A stretch of DNA of 64,000 bases from Camelus dromedarius (GCF_036321535.1 NC_087436.1:34412001-34476000); one strand, 5' to 3'; shown: positions 1-13,300, counted from the stretch's first letter. Made by a program: numbers and translations. Notes: a model not told the origin generated them from the letters alone.

Positions 1-9
1 GCTTCCCAT

Positions 10-90
10 ATTTATGGTATAGAATTAAATGAGGTAATGCATTAAAAATGCTTAACATGTGTCTACCACATTAAGCACATTTCAAAAATG
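10..90 (+). mobile_element. MIR SINE 3' fragment
   Basis: aattaaatgaggtaatgcattaaaaatgcttaacatgtgtctaccacattaagcac resembles the MIR 3' end (gattaaatgagataatgcatgtaaagcgcttagcacagtgcctggcacatagtaagcgctc). Confidence 0.5.
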
Positions 91-544
91 GTAATTTTTA
101 AAAACATCTCCATTTCATTGTTCATCTGAAACTATGTTCTTACTCCTCAAACCTGTCCTATGTGCCACTGTTATAATGATGCTGTAAGCATCCCACATTC
201 ATCACATGCCTAAGCTACTTAGGGATTAGTGATGCCTCTGTGGCCTGAGTCAGATATAAATGTTCTAGCCTAACCCTCAATATTGTCCAAACTTTCTACC
301 AGACCCTCTGTCCAGTCCTGGATTCAGCCAAAACTCTCTCTACCGCACTCAGTGTGTTTATCATGTTCCATGTGCTTTCTTTTCTTTCCTACTTTCCTTT
401 TACTGTTTTCCCTACCAAAAGTGTGCTCTCTTTTCCTTCAATATCCAAACCTCACTCATCTGAAAGCCCACAATTTAAGTCCATAAATTTTCCCTGACCT
501 TTCAAACCTGTTGTATTCTCAGGCTTATTTCCGTGATGACTTCC

Positions 545-1022
545 TTTTTCTCACTTAGTTGGCACAGCATCCAAGCTGAGTCACTCTTTCTTGCAGACAT
601 GGATGAAATACACCCCTGGGAACTTGGGATACTGGTTGCTCAGCAAGCCAGGCCTGTGGGGAGTTGGCTCCCGTGGGCTGAACCTTGACCAGTGGGAAAT
701 AGGAGGTAAATTCCACCTCCTTTCTCTCTGCTGTGGATCCCCCAAGGAGTATTTCGTTTTACAGTCATTTTACTGATGTCACTTGTGCTCTGTGAATTCG
801 CTGCCAGCAGCTGCTGTGCCCCAGTGATGATTCTGAAGAAGGAGCCAGGACTGTAGTGCTTCTTATCACACTACACAGCTTTTCAGCTTTCCCTGCCTTG
901 CTTTTTTTTTTTTTTTTTTTCTTCCATCATCCTCACTTGTCTGGACTTATATGCCCCAAATTAAGGGTGAACACTTAATCTTAGCCTCAGGGTCTCTTTT
1001 CTAAAGGACCTAGGCCAAGACA
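545..1022 (+). mobile_element. Old ERVL-class solo LTR (LTR16/LTR33-like)
   Basis: ggagttggctcccgtgggctgaaccttgaccagtgggaa core and 3' end ctcagggtctcttttctaaaggacctaggccaagaca, typical of the LTR16/LTR33 group. Confidence 0.55.
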
Positions 1023-2789
1023 ACTGTGAAAAGTCCCCTTCCCAATGCCTGAAATTATATAATATCTACAATACTCATTTAACACTTAAGACTAATTTTC
1101 TGTTTTATGATCATGTATGTATTGTTATTTATCTTTTTTTAAATGCCTCCATCAACCAGCTAGACTATATTTTCTTTATGGGAAGAGTTCATATTGTTTT
1201 CTTTTCTTTTAATAATTTGTCAAGTAACATTATGCCCAAGAAAGAAGCTCACTATATATGTATTAATAAGAAATATATGTGTAAATCAAAGCCACTTCAA
1301 TAAAAATAAAATTTTAAAAAGTATATAAAGAAATACATGAATAACTAAAGCTGTTTAGAACCATTTAGTTATACCAGTTACACCAATATTTTCTATTAGA
1401 AAAAGAAATTTTCTATAAAAATTTCATTGCCTTGAGAAGGATTTAGTTCTCTTTGTTTATAGATACATAATATTTACAGATTGTTAAGTTTCAAATATTC
1501 TTAAAAACAAAGGCAAACATTGTTATTTAAACAACACTTGTTGTTCTCTAATTCTTATTACTTTAGGGCCCCAAAAATGATCCAGCAGAAATTAAAAAGA
1601 GCATCTAGCAAGTAATGATAGTAAACCAGGAATAGAGGGCATACTGTTTGTAGGTAATAAAATAGAAAAATGAGGCTTTTAGCAAGACAAGTAAAGAAGA
1701 CAAACATGCCAAGGAAGAAAACTGCTCAATTACAAGGCACTTTTAAAATTTCTCTGGCTCTCTTTTTACTTTACTTTGGCCGATTTTGTAAATTCTGGGA
1801 AGTTACAGGAGGCAAGAAAATGACTTCTGTAAAAACTTTGGGATGTTTAAATCTAGTGAATATACATTATTTTGTTGAGTTGATTGTATTTTAACATAAT
1901 TTGCAGGTTAGTATCTAGAAATGTCAAATCTTTTAAACTGGAATAATTAAGCATTAGCATTGGAGGAACTTTAAAAATAACCCATTCCAGTTCAACATAT
2001 GAAGGATCTAAGGCAGAGAAAAATAAAGTGAAGCATCAAAACCACTCAGCTAATAAGTGGAGGAACTGGTTTTAGAATTCACAGATTCTGAAGCATGATA
2101 TGCTGCTTTGTGAAGTAAATCATCATTCTTAGTTGTTTAATTAAAATGTATGCAAAGTGTTCTATAATCACAACAGTATATCTTTGTAGAATTGGGGTAT
2201 CCTTAAAATCATATAATGCAACCTTGGAGTTGGTGATGCCAAATTTTAGAAATGAGACCTAGAAAATTTAAACAAAGATCCTCCTTTGGAGCTGTTTTAA
2301 AGAAATAAGAAGATCTTAGATTCTGATAAAGAATTATTTTTAAATCTAATATTTTAAAATGGGCTTTGTAAGGTAAGACCATCACAGTATGGAATACACA
2401 CAGCCATTAACTTATAATTTAGTAATTCAGCAATAGAATCAATGAACATGTGTATATAAGTGTCTTATAAAATCAGCCAATATATATTTAATAAATATTG
2501 GCTGAGCTTAAATTATTAGGTTATATACAACACAGATGAATATGTGAAAAAAATTAGCAAACATAGAGGGAATTGATTAAATCTACCTATAAGATTATTA
2601 TCAGTATACTAACAGACAAAACAGAGGCTTAGAAAAAATTCTGGTTTCTTGGAAGGAACTGAGAAAATGAGGAAAATGAGATAAAAAGAACAAATAGGAA
2701 ACAATCTTTATAGCAGAGTCACTGTTTGGAACTAGAATCATAATATTTTCATTGATAGTGTCTCAATAGTCTCTTTCTCTCTTTTACTA

Positions 2790-3290
2790 AATAAACTTTA
2801 TTTTATAAAAGGGTTTTTGGTTCACAGCAAAATTGAGAGTCATTTCCGAGAGATCCCATGTACCCCTGTCCCCACATAAGCACAATCTCTCTTATTAGCG
2901 TCACACACCACAGTGGTATATTTGTTACAATTGATGAGCCTACATTGGTTAATCATAATCACTCAAAGGCCATAGTTTACATTAGGATTTATTATTGGTG
3001 TTATGCATTCTCTGGATTTGGACAATTACATAATGGCATATATCCATCATTGTAGTATCATACAGAATCGTTTCACTGTCTTAAAAATCATTCATGTGCT
3101 GCCTGTTTATCTTTCTTTCCCCCTACTCTCTGGCAACCATGGATCTTTTTATTGTCTCCATAGTTTTGCCTTTTCCAGAATGTTTTATAGTTGAAGTCAT
3201 ACAGTATGCAGCCTTTTTAGATTGATTTCTTTCACTTAGTAGTATTTTTAGTAGTTTTAAGATTCCTCATGTCTTTTTATGGTTTGATTG
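2790..3290 (-). mobile_element. L1 3' UTR fragment (L1MC-like)
   Basis: tttgttacaattgatgagcctacattgg...ccatagtttacattagg...gtcatacagtatgcagcc matches the antisense L1MC 3' UTR. Confidence 0.8.
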
Positions 3291-3422
3291 CACAGGGAAG
3301 CCAGTGTGGCAGGAGTGAAACAATCAAGGGGAAGAATAAAGAGATGAAGTCAGAGAACTAACAGGGCGGAAGAGGGTGTATCATGTAGGGCATTGAAGGC
3401 CATAGTAAGGACTTTGGAATTC
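3291..3422 (-). mobile_element. L2 fragment
   Basis: ggaagccagtgtggcaggagtg...atcatgtagggcattgaaggccatagtaaggactttggaatt is antisense L2 3' region. Confidence 0.55.
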
Positions 3423-3482
3423 ATCTTCACTTTAATCTTTCATATTGATATTTTTTTCAAACAAAATAAATTAAATATTTTG

Positions 3483-3899
3483 CAATTTAGATTTCTCCAG
3501 AGAAACAGAACCAATCAATAGAATATATATATATATATAGTGACTTGGCTTAGGCAGTTATGCAAGCTGACAAGTCAGATCTGCAGTCAGCAAGCGGAAG
3601 ACATGGGGAGCCATGCTTCAGTTTGAGTCCAAAGACAACAGTAACCAATGTCCCAGCTCTAAGACTTGCCAGACAGAAAGAATTCTTTGTCAGTCTCTTT
3701 TTGTTCTATTCAGGTCTTGAACTCATGAGAAGAGGCCTACCCACATTAGGGAGGGCATTCTGCTTCATTCAGTCTGCCAGTTCAAATGTTATTCTCATTC
3801 ATTCAGAAATGCTTTCAAAGACACACCCAGAGTAATGTTTGACAGAATGCTTGGGCATCCCACGTCCAGTCAAGCTGATACATAAACTTAACTCTCACA
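3483..3899 (-). mobile_element. MLT2 (ERVL) solo LTR
   Basis: ttctccagagaaacagaaccaat + (TA)n at one end; gacacacccagagtaatgtttgac...ccagtcaagctgatacataaacttaactctcaca at the other. Confidence 0.75.
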
Positions 3900-5034
3900 A
3901 GTGTTATTTCTTGTGAGTATTTCTATATCTAAATGATTTTCAGAAGAAATGAGAATGTAATAATTTTGCTGTTTCATAAGTAATTTCTGGATAAGGACAT
4001 TCTATTTTTCACATATCTGATTAACAATTACATACCAATTTTCTTGAAAAGTTTACCTGGATTCTAAAATTCATGACTCTACCCATACCTCTTTAATGAT
4101 CTAAACAATTCTATCCTTACTTTAGTCTATATGACAGAACTTCTTTTCTTTCCTAACCTCATTCACTCTACTTAAAAGGAGCATCCAAATGTCCATTATG
4201 GAGAAAATAGGTGATATTCTTCAGAACATGATAAGCAATAGCCTAAGGAATCAGAGCTTTGAAAAATGCTGTTGAAATCACATGGTCTCTACGTGGTCAC
4301 TCCCTGAGTCCTGGGAACCAAAGTATATAGCGTTACCTCAAAGGAACTCACCTCTTACAACTCCTGAACATAGTTAATTATGCTGACTTTTCAGATAGAT
4401 GCAATTATATTCAATAATTATAGCTACCTTTTTTTTTAAACTTTCATCTGAAAATTATATTTGCATATTAAAAAATATAATGAACTTAATTAGAATAATC
4501 TTGCTTGTACTTGTTTTTCTTAGTTGTATTTTTTCTTTCCCTTTTAATGAACTCATTCAAAATATTTTAGCACTGGCATTTATATTTATGCTGTAAAATT
4601 AACTTCATTATCTCTAGGCTTATTGAGTCGCCCTTCCAAGGAGCACTAGAGTCAGGCTGTGCTGAGTCCCAAGAGCAATTATTCACATCTCTTGGTAACT
4701 CCATGTTCAGCGGTGTCATGTTGGAATAGCTTGAAACTGACTGTGATGAGAATATTTATACCACATAAATGAATAAATGCAATATATCAGCATTCCCTTC
4801 CCTTCTCCTCCTCCACCCTCCTTCCCAAACACTCTACAAGCTGGTTAAACATTACTACTTGTTCCTCTTATTTAGGGATATTTTGTAGTAAATATACTAA
4901 GAAAAATGTATTACATTTAAGATTTAAATCTCTTTTTAATACAGCTTAAAATAATTAACAATTTTTATAATTCTATGCAGTCAAAATGGAAATTTCTGCA
5001 AGTTTTTAGGTCCCCTCTAAGAAATTCAGAAAGT

Positions 5035-5170
5035 ACAAAGGGTATAAATTAAATGTGAATAACAATAGTACCTAGTCTAAAGAATTCTATTGAATTTTAA
5101 ATAATCAATGCAAATGCTTATTCCAATGTCTGCCTTGCAGTAAGTGCTTAATAAATGTTTTTGCTAACAG
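5035..5170 (+). mobile_element. MIR fragment
   Basis: aataacaatagtacctagtc...agtaagtgcttaataaatgttt resembles the MIR 3' half. Confidence 0.5.
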
Positions 5171-5504
5171 TAGGAGAATTAGAAATACTTTATTTGTAGT
5201 GGAAGAATATTATATAATAGCCTCTACTCCCTTGCACCCCTGCCAACCTACTCCAAATGCTCAAGGAAATTTTATGTACTCGCATAAGAAGGCCTTGATT
5301 TGTATAAAACAATACACAACAAAATATACTATAGAATAACATGCACTTCTAGTCATTTCTCTGATCGTACTTATATGTATACACACGTCCTATGGACACG
5401 AGGACAAATGGGATTATGCTATACCTTTTAAAACCTTTTCAACATCTAATATATCATGGTAATCTTTCCAGGCTAGAACACAGATGTAACTCAGCATGTA
5501 GTTA

Positions 5505-5797
5505 TAGGTCCATATTCCCTCACTTGAAACCCTTGGGATTAGTTGTGTTTTGAAATTCAGATTTTCTTTTTAATTTTGAGAAGGTGTTATGACACACGTT
5601 CTGTATACTGTTACAGCATTTCCCATTATGTCTTGGGTGGCAACCGTAATCAAACGCATTCAGATTTCTGCAGGGACCTGAATGCATAGTCACACTAACT
5701 AGAATAAGAAAAGGTTATGAAAAACCTCATGTTCAGTCAGGTTAGGTTTTATCTAGAAGTAAGTTTATGTTAGATTTGCAAAGGGATTATGGATCTG
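5505..5797 (+). mobile_element. Tigger-type (TcMar) non-autonomous DNA transposon, complete
   Basis: TA at 5503-5504 and 5798-5799. TIRs taggtccatattccct (5505-5520) and agggattatggatctg (5782-5797; revcomp cagatccataatccct) match at 13/16. Confidence 0.7.
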
Positions 5798-6997
5798 TAT
5801 AATTCTCTGACTTTTGAAAAGCTCATTAATAAGCAGTATCTTGAAAAATGCACCGAGAAACAATAATCCGGAGGAAGCAGAGAGGAAGTCAGAGTTCAAA
5901 AGGCCAGAGAGTTCTCTGGAGCCCCAGTGATCTCAGAAGTGGCATGACACTCCAGGCAGGTAAAAGGTCTGCAGAATAATGGCTTTGCCCAACATGTTTT
6001 GTGACTATAAAACACAAACCAGGCACAGAGCCATAGTCAGCTTCTTGATCAAATCCCAGCATGTATGCACCACAGGTGTGCATTCTGTACACGCTGGGAA
6101 GGGGGTGCTGTGGCAAGAGCTTTACCGAGGAGCTGAAAGATTTACTGAGTCATCTCAAGAAACTCAGCGTGGGAAAATTCTGTTCTGCCCGTGCAGCGAA
6201 GAAGTGAGAAACAACTGGTGACTGCAGTGTTCCGACAAGTAGAAACAGGCTGGGTAATGTCTGCTGGTCACACACTTTCAAGAATATTACAAAATAAGGA
6301 AAGGTTGCACCTTTGGGTTAATTTTGACCTCTTTGAGAAAATTCAAAGACTGATTCTGATTCATATACGCTAGTCAGAAAAATGAAGCGGTATTTCTTTG
6401 CAGTCTCACGCTGCATACACTAAAACACACTCTGAAAAATCAAATCCATCTACTTATATCCACATAACCATTAGATACGACACAGGCAGACAGACACTGA
6501 AGGCATCCTCTTCTTGCTCAGAGGGGGATTTTTGCTATTGCCTTCTGATTTTCAGTGAAATGGTTGTAAGTCAAGAAAAATAGGAGTTAGAATGCATGCT
6601 CATATTAATACATTTTTGTTTACACATTACAGGTAGTACTTTTAAGTGTTCCACTTTAACTGCCTGCTGTCAGTCTATTTAGTGTTTTCTCATGGTGTTA
6701 TATTTTTACAATGTGTTCAAGCTAAGGGCAACAAAATAAAATCAATGTATAATTTATAAAGTTGAATAAAATAAGGGTCTTTCAGTTAAAAACCCACAAG
6801 ATGAAACAGAGGTAGATTTAAAACTGGAAAACTTGATTTTATCCCTGATTCTATCACATTTGAGTCTTATATCTTTTTTCCAGCTGCTTAACGTCTTTGA
6901 AATTATTCTGCCTTTATCAAAGAATTATTGTGATTGTGTTTTAATGTTGAACAACGACTGTGAAAAGTTTTATAGAAATGTAAAGCACTATTGTTTT

Positions 6998-7340
6998 TCA
7001 TTCATGCATTTATCAAACATGTCTTCAGTTCACTGAATGCCAGGCAGTGCTAGCTCCCAGAGTACCTAAGATGTGAAACAGAGGAAGAGGGGGTATGAAA
7101 TGCCTGTGGGAGCCAATGGAGTATATAGCACACATACTCTCCTGCACATCCTGTAGCAACATGTGTGAGAAACAAGGGGAATGCTTTAGTCTAAAGAAAT
7201 AAGTGTGGGAGTATTAGTAAGTGAAAATGCTCACACAGGGAGAACATCGGAGGAGCGAATAGAGAACGTCGAAATTTACGGTGCATTTGGAAGAAGAGTA
7301 ATCTCCAAATGAAACAGAAATGAAGGAGGGAGAGAAGTAG
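6998..7340 (-). mobile_element. L2 3' end fragment
   Basis: cattcatgcatttatcaaacat...tgaatgccaggcagtgctag is the antisense L2 tail, followed by purine-rich L2-like sequence. Confidence 0.5.
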
Positions 7341-7719
7341 GAGGGAAAAAGAGAACAACAGACTAATATGGGTTATTACTAAGTTTCACAGTTAACAGAC
7401 AACAGCATAAAAAAAGATGGTAACCCAGGGCATAAAAATAAATAAAATGAGGTAATGAGTCGATGTTGGAAATGGTTGGAAGAAAGTGCTTTGTAACGTA
7501 ACTGCTGAAACAAGTGGTCTTTTAGGCTTTACATGTCCTGACTTGCCGCTTTTAAATTGTCTCTTGGGTATCAGGATTATTTATGATATGTTGTGGGTGG
7601 TAATTCAAGCAAGGCAGGTTCACCATGGGAAATAGCAGTATGGAAATTATGGTAGTCTATGAAGTTATTATACTATAAGTTTGTCAAAATATTTTGCTGG
7701 CAAAACCATGAGAAATTGA

Positions 7720-7920
7720 AACATGTAACATATTTGATAGAAGTATGAATTGCAGCATTTCTGAAAGCAAGTTAGGGCACTTAAGAATTGAAGAGGTGCA
7801 TATTTTATGATCTAGGAATTTCACTTCTAGAAATCCAATTTACAAAAGCAAAAGTCCCAGTCTTTAATTGGATAGGTCAAAGAATATTTATTGCAGCATT
7901 CTTTATACAAATGTACAAAA
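7720..7920 (+). mobile_element. Old L1M ORF2-end fragment
   Basis: tatgatctaggaatttcacttctagaaat...aagaatatttattgcagcattcttt corresponds to the YDPAIPLLG...MFIAALF region of L1 ORF2. Confidence 0.5.
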
Positions 7921-7929
7921 CATTAACAA

Positions 7930-8203
7930 AAACCCTTGGGGCCAAATATGTTTAAGAATTCTGATGTTTGGGGATTTTTGTAACAATAAGATGAAGGCTA
8001 TTCCATATATTATTAATCACTAAGGGGCTAGGGCAGCCCCTCATAATCAAACACATTTATATTTCTGCAGCAAAATGTATGAATATTCAAATTAAGTATG
8101 TTAAAGATTATAAATAGCCTCATATTGCTTAAGGTCAGGTTTCTCAAAAAATAACAGAAAAAAGATTAATTTTGGAATTGCAAATAAGTTTTTGAGAACC
8201 TAT
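7930..8203 (+). mobile_element. Second copy of the same Tigger-type MITE, left end truncated
   Basis: Shares aaacccttggg, taatcaaac(g/a)catt...atttctgcag and gtcaggtt with 5505-5797; ends in degenerate TIR gagaacctata. Confidence 0.6.
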
Positions 8204-8883
8204 AAATAAATTTTAAAAAGGAATTATCTAGATGTCCATAGAAAATGTTCAGCTTCTATTTAAAATATTAGGTTAGATTTATAAGTGTTGACTGTGATAA
8301 ATTATGTAAAGGGAAAAATAATTTTTCAGATTAGCATGAATGGTATTGTCTCATTTCTCTAGAAAAAAACATCACCTGCATGTCTGCATTTGTATTTTGT
8401 TACAAGCATGGGAAAAAAGTATAGAGGTATGTTTGCACAGAAGATGGCTATGCAATGTATTTTTTAATCATCACAATATAATAGAAAGTTTAAAAAATAA
8501 AGTAAGGCTTATTGAGTGTATCATAAACTTTGACTTCACGTACTTGGCTTGTAGCAGTATGGCTATTTATATACAGTTTGCAGGCAAGAGTATAGATAAT
8601 GTTGCTTTAAATTTCCTGGTAAGGTAAGCAATTCACCAATGTGTGATTAATATTTAGGTGCAAAAATATGTTAATTCAAATAATGAATGATGCAAAGAAA
8701 GCAATTAAAATGTAAGAGGGGTATTCATCTATTTTTGCTGATGAGATCAGTCCCTGTAGCAAAATACAGGAATGATTTAGATCAAGGAAATTGTACCCAG
8801 TAAAGAATCAGTCCTCCCTCTCTAAAATCATCAAAATCATGGTGTATAGTGCAGTGTGTGTTAAAATTCTCAAAACATGTAAT

Positions 8884-8965
8884 GGGGGGTGTTGGGGTAT
8901 ACCTCAGTGCTTAGCATTCATGAGGTCCTGGGTTCAATCCCCAGTACCTCCATTAAAAAAGAAAT

Positions 8966-9002
<37 letters not shown>

Positions 9003-9050
9003 ATTTAATTACCCCCCCAAAAAAGAAAAAAACATTTAAAATAAAAAAGA
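8884..9050 (+). mobile_element. Camelid tRNA-Ala-derived SINE (Vic-1-like), A-box region deleted
   Basis: gggtatacctcagtg^cttagcattcatgaggtcctgggttcaatccccagtacctcc, then (AAAT)n, taattacccccc and an A-rich tail. Confidence 0.9.
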
Positions 9051-9661
9051 AGAAAATCGAACATTTAAAGATATGTATAAAAAAAAGCATAGAGTATAAA
9101 AATGAATGAAACTAAATATTAAATACTTATTTAATAGTCTTTTAAGTGATGAATTTTAAAAATTACTAATTTTGCTAAATGCCCTGCCTCTGTTTTATGA
9201 GCTGATTGAGTTTTTGTTTTTTAGCATATTATGGGACATTTAAACTTCCAGAGATGATCAAATTGTTTCGGAAGCTCAGTTTTATGCAATAGGCTGAAGT
9301 TGACTATGTATTTTAAGGCCCTACAAGAAAAATATTTTCAAAAGTATTAGTGAATAGGAGCTCCAGTCTCTTTTGTTTAGGAGGCCATACTTTCTCCATA
9401 TCCTTTTCAGCCACGTGGGGCTGGTCTTCACCTTGCTTCCGTTAGGTGGTTAAGACTGGTGACTCTCACAGGTGGTAAATGCCTGTGACTAACTCTTTAT
9501 TACATATTTTGAGTATTCCTTCATGAAGATTCTTGAAAAGTACTATCCCTTCTAAAGAATTGTTGTTAGAATTTAATGAAGTGAATTATATAAAGTTTAA
9601 ATGTAAAATGCTTCTGTCTGATTATACCATTGCCCTCATATAGGTTCTTCTCGAAGAAGAG

Positions 9662-10275
9662 ACAGTGATTCTGTTAAAAGAGAAGTGAAATAATGCCTCT
9701 CTTCTGCTCAAAACCCTCCAGTAGTTGCCTATCTCACTCTGTAAACACAGAAGTCTTCGCAGGGACCTGTAGGTCCCTCCATGATCTAGCTCTCAGCTGA
9801 CCTACTACCCTCACTGCTTCCAGTTCCCACTGCTCTAGCCACGCTGGCCTCCTTGCTGTTCCAAGAATATGTGTGGCCCACTCTTGACTCAGAACATTTG
9901 CACTTAGTATTTCTTCACACTGGAGTGTTCTCTCTTAAATATTCACTTGCCTCAGTCCTTCACATCTTTTAAATCTTTACTCAGTTGTTACCTTCTTGGT
10001 GAAAATTTCCATAGTATCCTATTTAAAATTTCAAGTTACGCCCATTACACCCTTCATCCCTCACCGTCAGTAGTTTTTCTCCACACTACCAGTAACATCA
10101 TAAAGTGCTACGCAGTTTACAATTTTATTATGTTGATTTTCTGACTTTCTCCACTAGTGCATTTGCTCCATGAGACCAGAATTTTTGTCTGATTTGTTCA
10201 CTATTGTAGCGCCAGCACATAGAAGAGACAGTGCTTAGCTTTGTACGCGCACAGTACACATAGTTGTTGAATGAG
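9662..10275 (+). mobile_element. L2 (L2a-like) 3' segment
   Basis: ctgctcaaaaccctccagtagttgcc...gccacgctggcctccttgctgttcc...ctccatgagaccagaatttttgtctg...gttgttgaatgag. Confidence 0.85.
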
Positions 10276-10287
10276 AGATAAACAAAG

Positions 10288-12500
10288 ACAGAAGTCAAAA
10301 AACGATTTTAAAGTTTTGACTGAGCAACATGGAGTGAGTTGACTTTCAGTGAAATGGGATCCAGTTTGAAAGAGGAGTAGGTCTTGAAGGCGAGGGAGTT
10401 AGCAGCTCACTCTTTGACACGTTACATTTACTGAAGTGAAGATGTTGAGTCAAGAATTGGATACATCGCTCTGGAGTTTAGGGAATAGGTTTACTCAAAA
10501 GATACAGAGTTGGGAGTCGTTAGCATATAGAAAAAGTGCGTGATTGCCAAGGAATTGAGTGAAGATAGAAAAGAAAAGAAGCTTGATATTAAGGCATGGA
10601 CCATTCCAACCCTAGCAAAAGAAGATTAGTTATTCATTGAAGAAGAGAATAAACACAGCCAGTGAGTTGCAAGGACATTCATGAGGGGGTTATGTCTTGG
10701 AAACGAAGAGAAGAAAGTGTTTCAGAGGAGAAAAAAGTGGCCTACTTTTGACCAATTTGACCAATTACGTCAAAAACTGCTGACAGATCAGGTAAGATGG
10801 GGAATGAGAACTGATTGTTGGACTGGCTATATCAAGGAGGTCACTCAAGACTTTCACAAGGGGTATTACAGGAGGACGGCAATGGTGGAAGCCTGATTCA
10901 GGGGTTCCAAGAAGAAGGGAAGGTGAGGGACTGGAAAAAGTGAATATAGATACTGGTCAAAAAACTGTATTAAAAGGCATGAAAGAGTTGAAGTGGTTCT
11001 TGAAGAGGGAAGTGGAGTTGAGAAGATTTGTTTTTGTCTTATTTAGTGTTCTTGTTTTAAAAATAGAAGTTGTGGCATATTATGGAAAGACTCAAGAGAG
11101 AAGGAAAACTTCACGATGCAGGAGAAAATGTGAATTACAGGAGAATTGCCCTTGAATGGTAGTAAGAGTTAATGGGACAGAGACTACATGAGTTTTTTCT
11201 GTCAACTGGACCATCAACTGTTCTTATACAGCCACAGGAGAGATGGTGAGTGTGTGTGGCTAGATGTACGCAGGTGGAGAGATTTGATGGTAGTAGTTCT
11301 CCTCTGAGGCTTCAGATAGTTTCACCAAAACAGGAAGCAAGATCATTAGGTGAAAGTAAGAAATAGGGAGTAAATATGACGTGGTTGTTTAGGAGAGAAG
11401 GAGAGTGAGTGGATTAGGAAAACAACTTGATTACCATATTGTTAAGGGGCAATCTGAGTTAGTAGTCATAAACGTGAACTGGGACGGGTCAGTGTGTGTG
11501 TATTTGTGTGTGTATGTTTCCTTTATCCCAAACACCACAGATGCACAGGCATGGAGTAAACAGAGCATGCACTGGGTATAAGTAAGATAGTGATTGTAAT
11601 TCTTGATCATGAGACTTAAGCTGCATAGGAAGCACATGAGAACATGAAATGAGTGAGAAATGACGAAAGATGGCAGTGTCAAAGCCCCAGTGGGTTTAAT
11701 AAATAATTGGAGTTAGGATACTGCAGAAAGTGAGCTGAAGATTGGGTTGAAATTTAGGATGCTTAAGATTTTGGCTATGGAGAGGTTATAGCTAATAAAA
11801 ATGACAAAGTCTAGGTTGTGACTAAGGGAATATGTGGGTGGAGGGTATAGCTCAGTGGTAGAGTGTGTACCTAGCATGTACAAGGTCCTGGGTTTAATCT
11901 CCAGGACCCCATTAAAATAAATAAATAAATCTAATTACCCCCAAAATCAAGTTTTAAAAAAAGAATTTTAAAAAAACATTAATAAAAAAAAAAGAGAAAG
12001 TGTGTAGCTGAGGCTTATGTGTGGGGGGAGAAAAGCATCAGTGGAGAGAGGACAGAAACTAAGAGATGAAGTATTGGGGGCAATTCCCTACCTGAATTAT
12101 GACTGTAGAAATGTATAGGGAAACGAAATATTAAATCTTTAAAGAAAGAAGGAAACGAACAGAAAGTTGGTAGGTGACTGCAACGAAGAGGAATAGTTTT
12201 ACTGTATTAGTCCTAAATCATAATATCCTCTGGTGATGGTTCTCAGGGAAGAATAAAGGAGAAGAGTCTGGACGCAACAATGAGAAACAAGAAGATGCCT
12301 TCAGCACCACACTAACGAAGAGGGCTTCGGTGGAAATACATACTCAGGGGAGAGCCTGGTTACAGTTATATCAGGAAAGGGAAAGAAACACTCAGAGAAA
12401 GGGGTGAAGGGGTTTTTCAGGTAATTGAAACTGGTTAATCCAGAAAGTATCGAGGGAGGGTTGGGAGTTTGGGGAGGTATGGGAAATGAGGTTAGAAATG
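10288..12500 (-). mobile_element. Long L2 internal fragment, interrupted by a SINE
   Basis: gttttgactgagcaac...gtgaagatgttgagtcaagaattggatacatcgctctggagtttaggg...gtaagatggggaatgagaactg is antisense L2 ORF2. Confidence 0.75.
11835..11993 (+). mobile_element. Camelid tRNA-Ala-derived SINE
   Basis: gagggtatagctcagtggtagagtgtgtacctagcatgtacaaggtcctgggtttaatctcc, then aaataaataaatctaattaccccc and an A tail. Confidence 0.9.
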
Positions 12501-12519
12501 TGATGTATAGACCCTGTGA

Positions 12520-12638
12520 GTAGCAAGACCATATAATTTATTATCAAAACCTAAAAAGAGACCCAATAACAGTTACACAAAGATGATAAGGATACACTGG
12601 AACTACCTCAGGCAAATTGTGTTGTATGGTCACTCTAC
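12520..12638. mobile_element. hAT-Blackjack MITE (MER94-like)
   Basis: Ends tagcaagaccatataatttattatc and gtatggtcactcta resemble the tagggtgaccata TIRs; ~120 bp. Confidence 0.6.
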
Positions 12639-12929
12639 CCATCAGACTTGCAAATTAAGAGGTTATCTGTAACAAGAGGAGAAAAGGTCTTGATAGCCCC
12701 AAGGCAGATTGTCCCAGAGCAGATATTTGGGGTTGTAGTGGCAGAGGAAAAGGGAAAGGACCAAGGTGTCTCTCCAGGATTATGTAGCATTCTTGACTAC
12801 TGCTTGAATCCTTTTTATAGAGCTGTGGCCATTAGTATTGAAATTGTATTATTACAAGCTAATGGTGAATATAAAACCATAACCACCATGTACTAGATGG
12901 ATGTAATTCCCTTCTCTTTTTCTTCTTTT

Positions 12930-13300
12930 GTTTCATTCCTGCCACTTGTTACATTGTCACCTCTACCTGGAGTTTCCTTTCCTCCAACTACTTACGCAAA
13001 TGTCACTGTTTTTGAATTGGGGCTGAAATATCATGGCCTCCAGGAGTCTGTCCTTGATTCTTTCAGCTGGGTGTTATCTGTCCTTCCTTTAAACTCTCAT
13101 AGCATTTTATAATACTTCTGTCTAGCATTTACTAATTTCTGCCCTTCACAGTCCTAAATTACTTATGTATGTCTTACTTTTCATTCTAGATGAATAGGAT
13201 GTTCCTTAAGGATGGAGTTTATATTTGCAGATCTCCATTATCCCACCACCAATGTGTTTACATAAGATAGGCTTTCAATAATGGTTTAGATAAATAATGG
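12930..13300 (+). mobile_element. L2 3' fragment
   Basis: ctccaggagtctgtccttgatt...ttccttaaggatggag...taggctttcaataatggttt. Confidence 0.5.
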
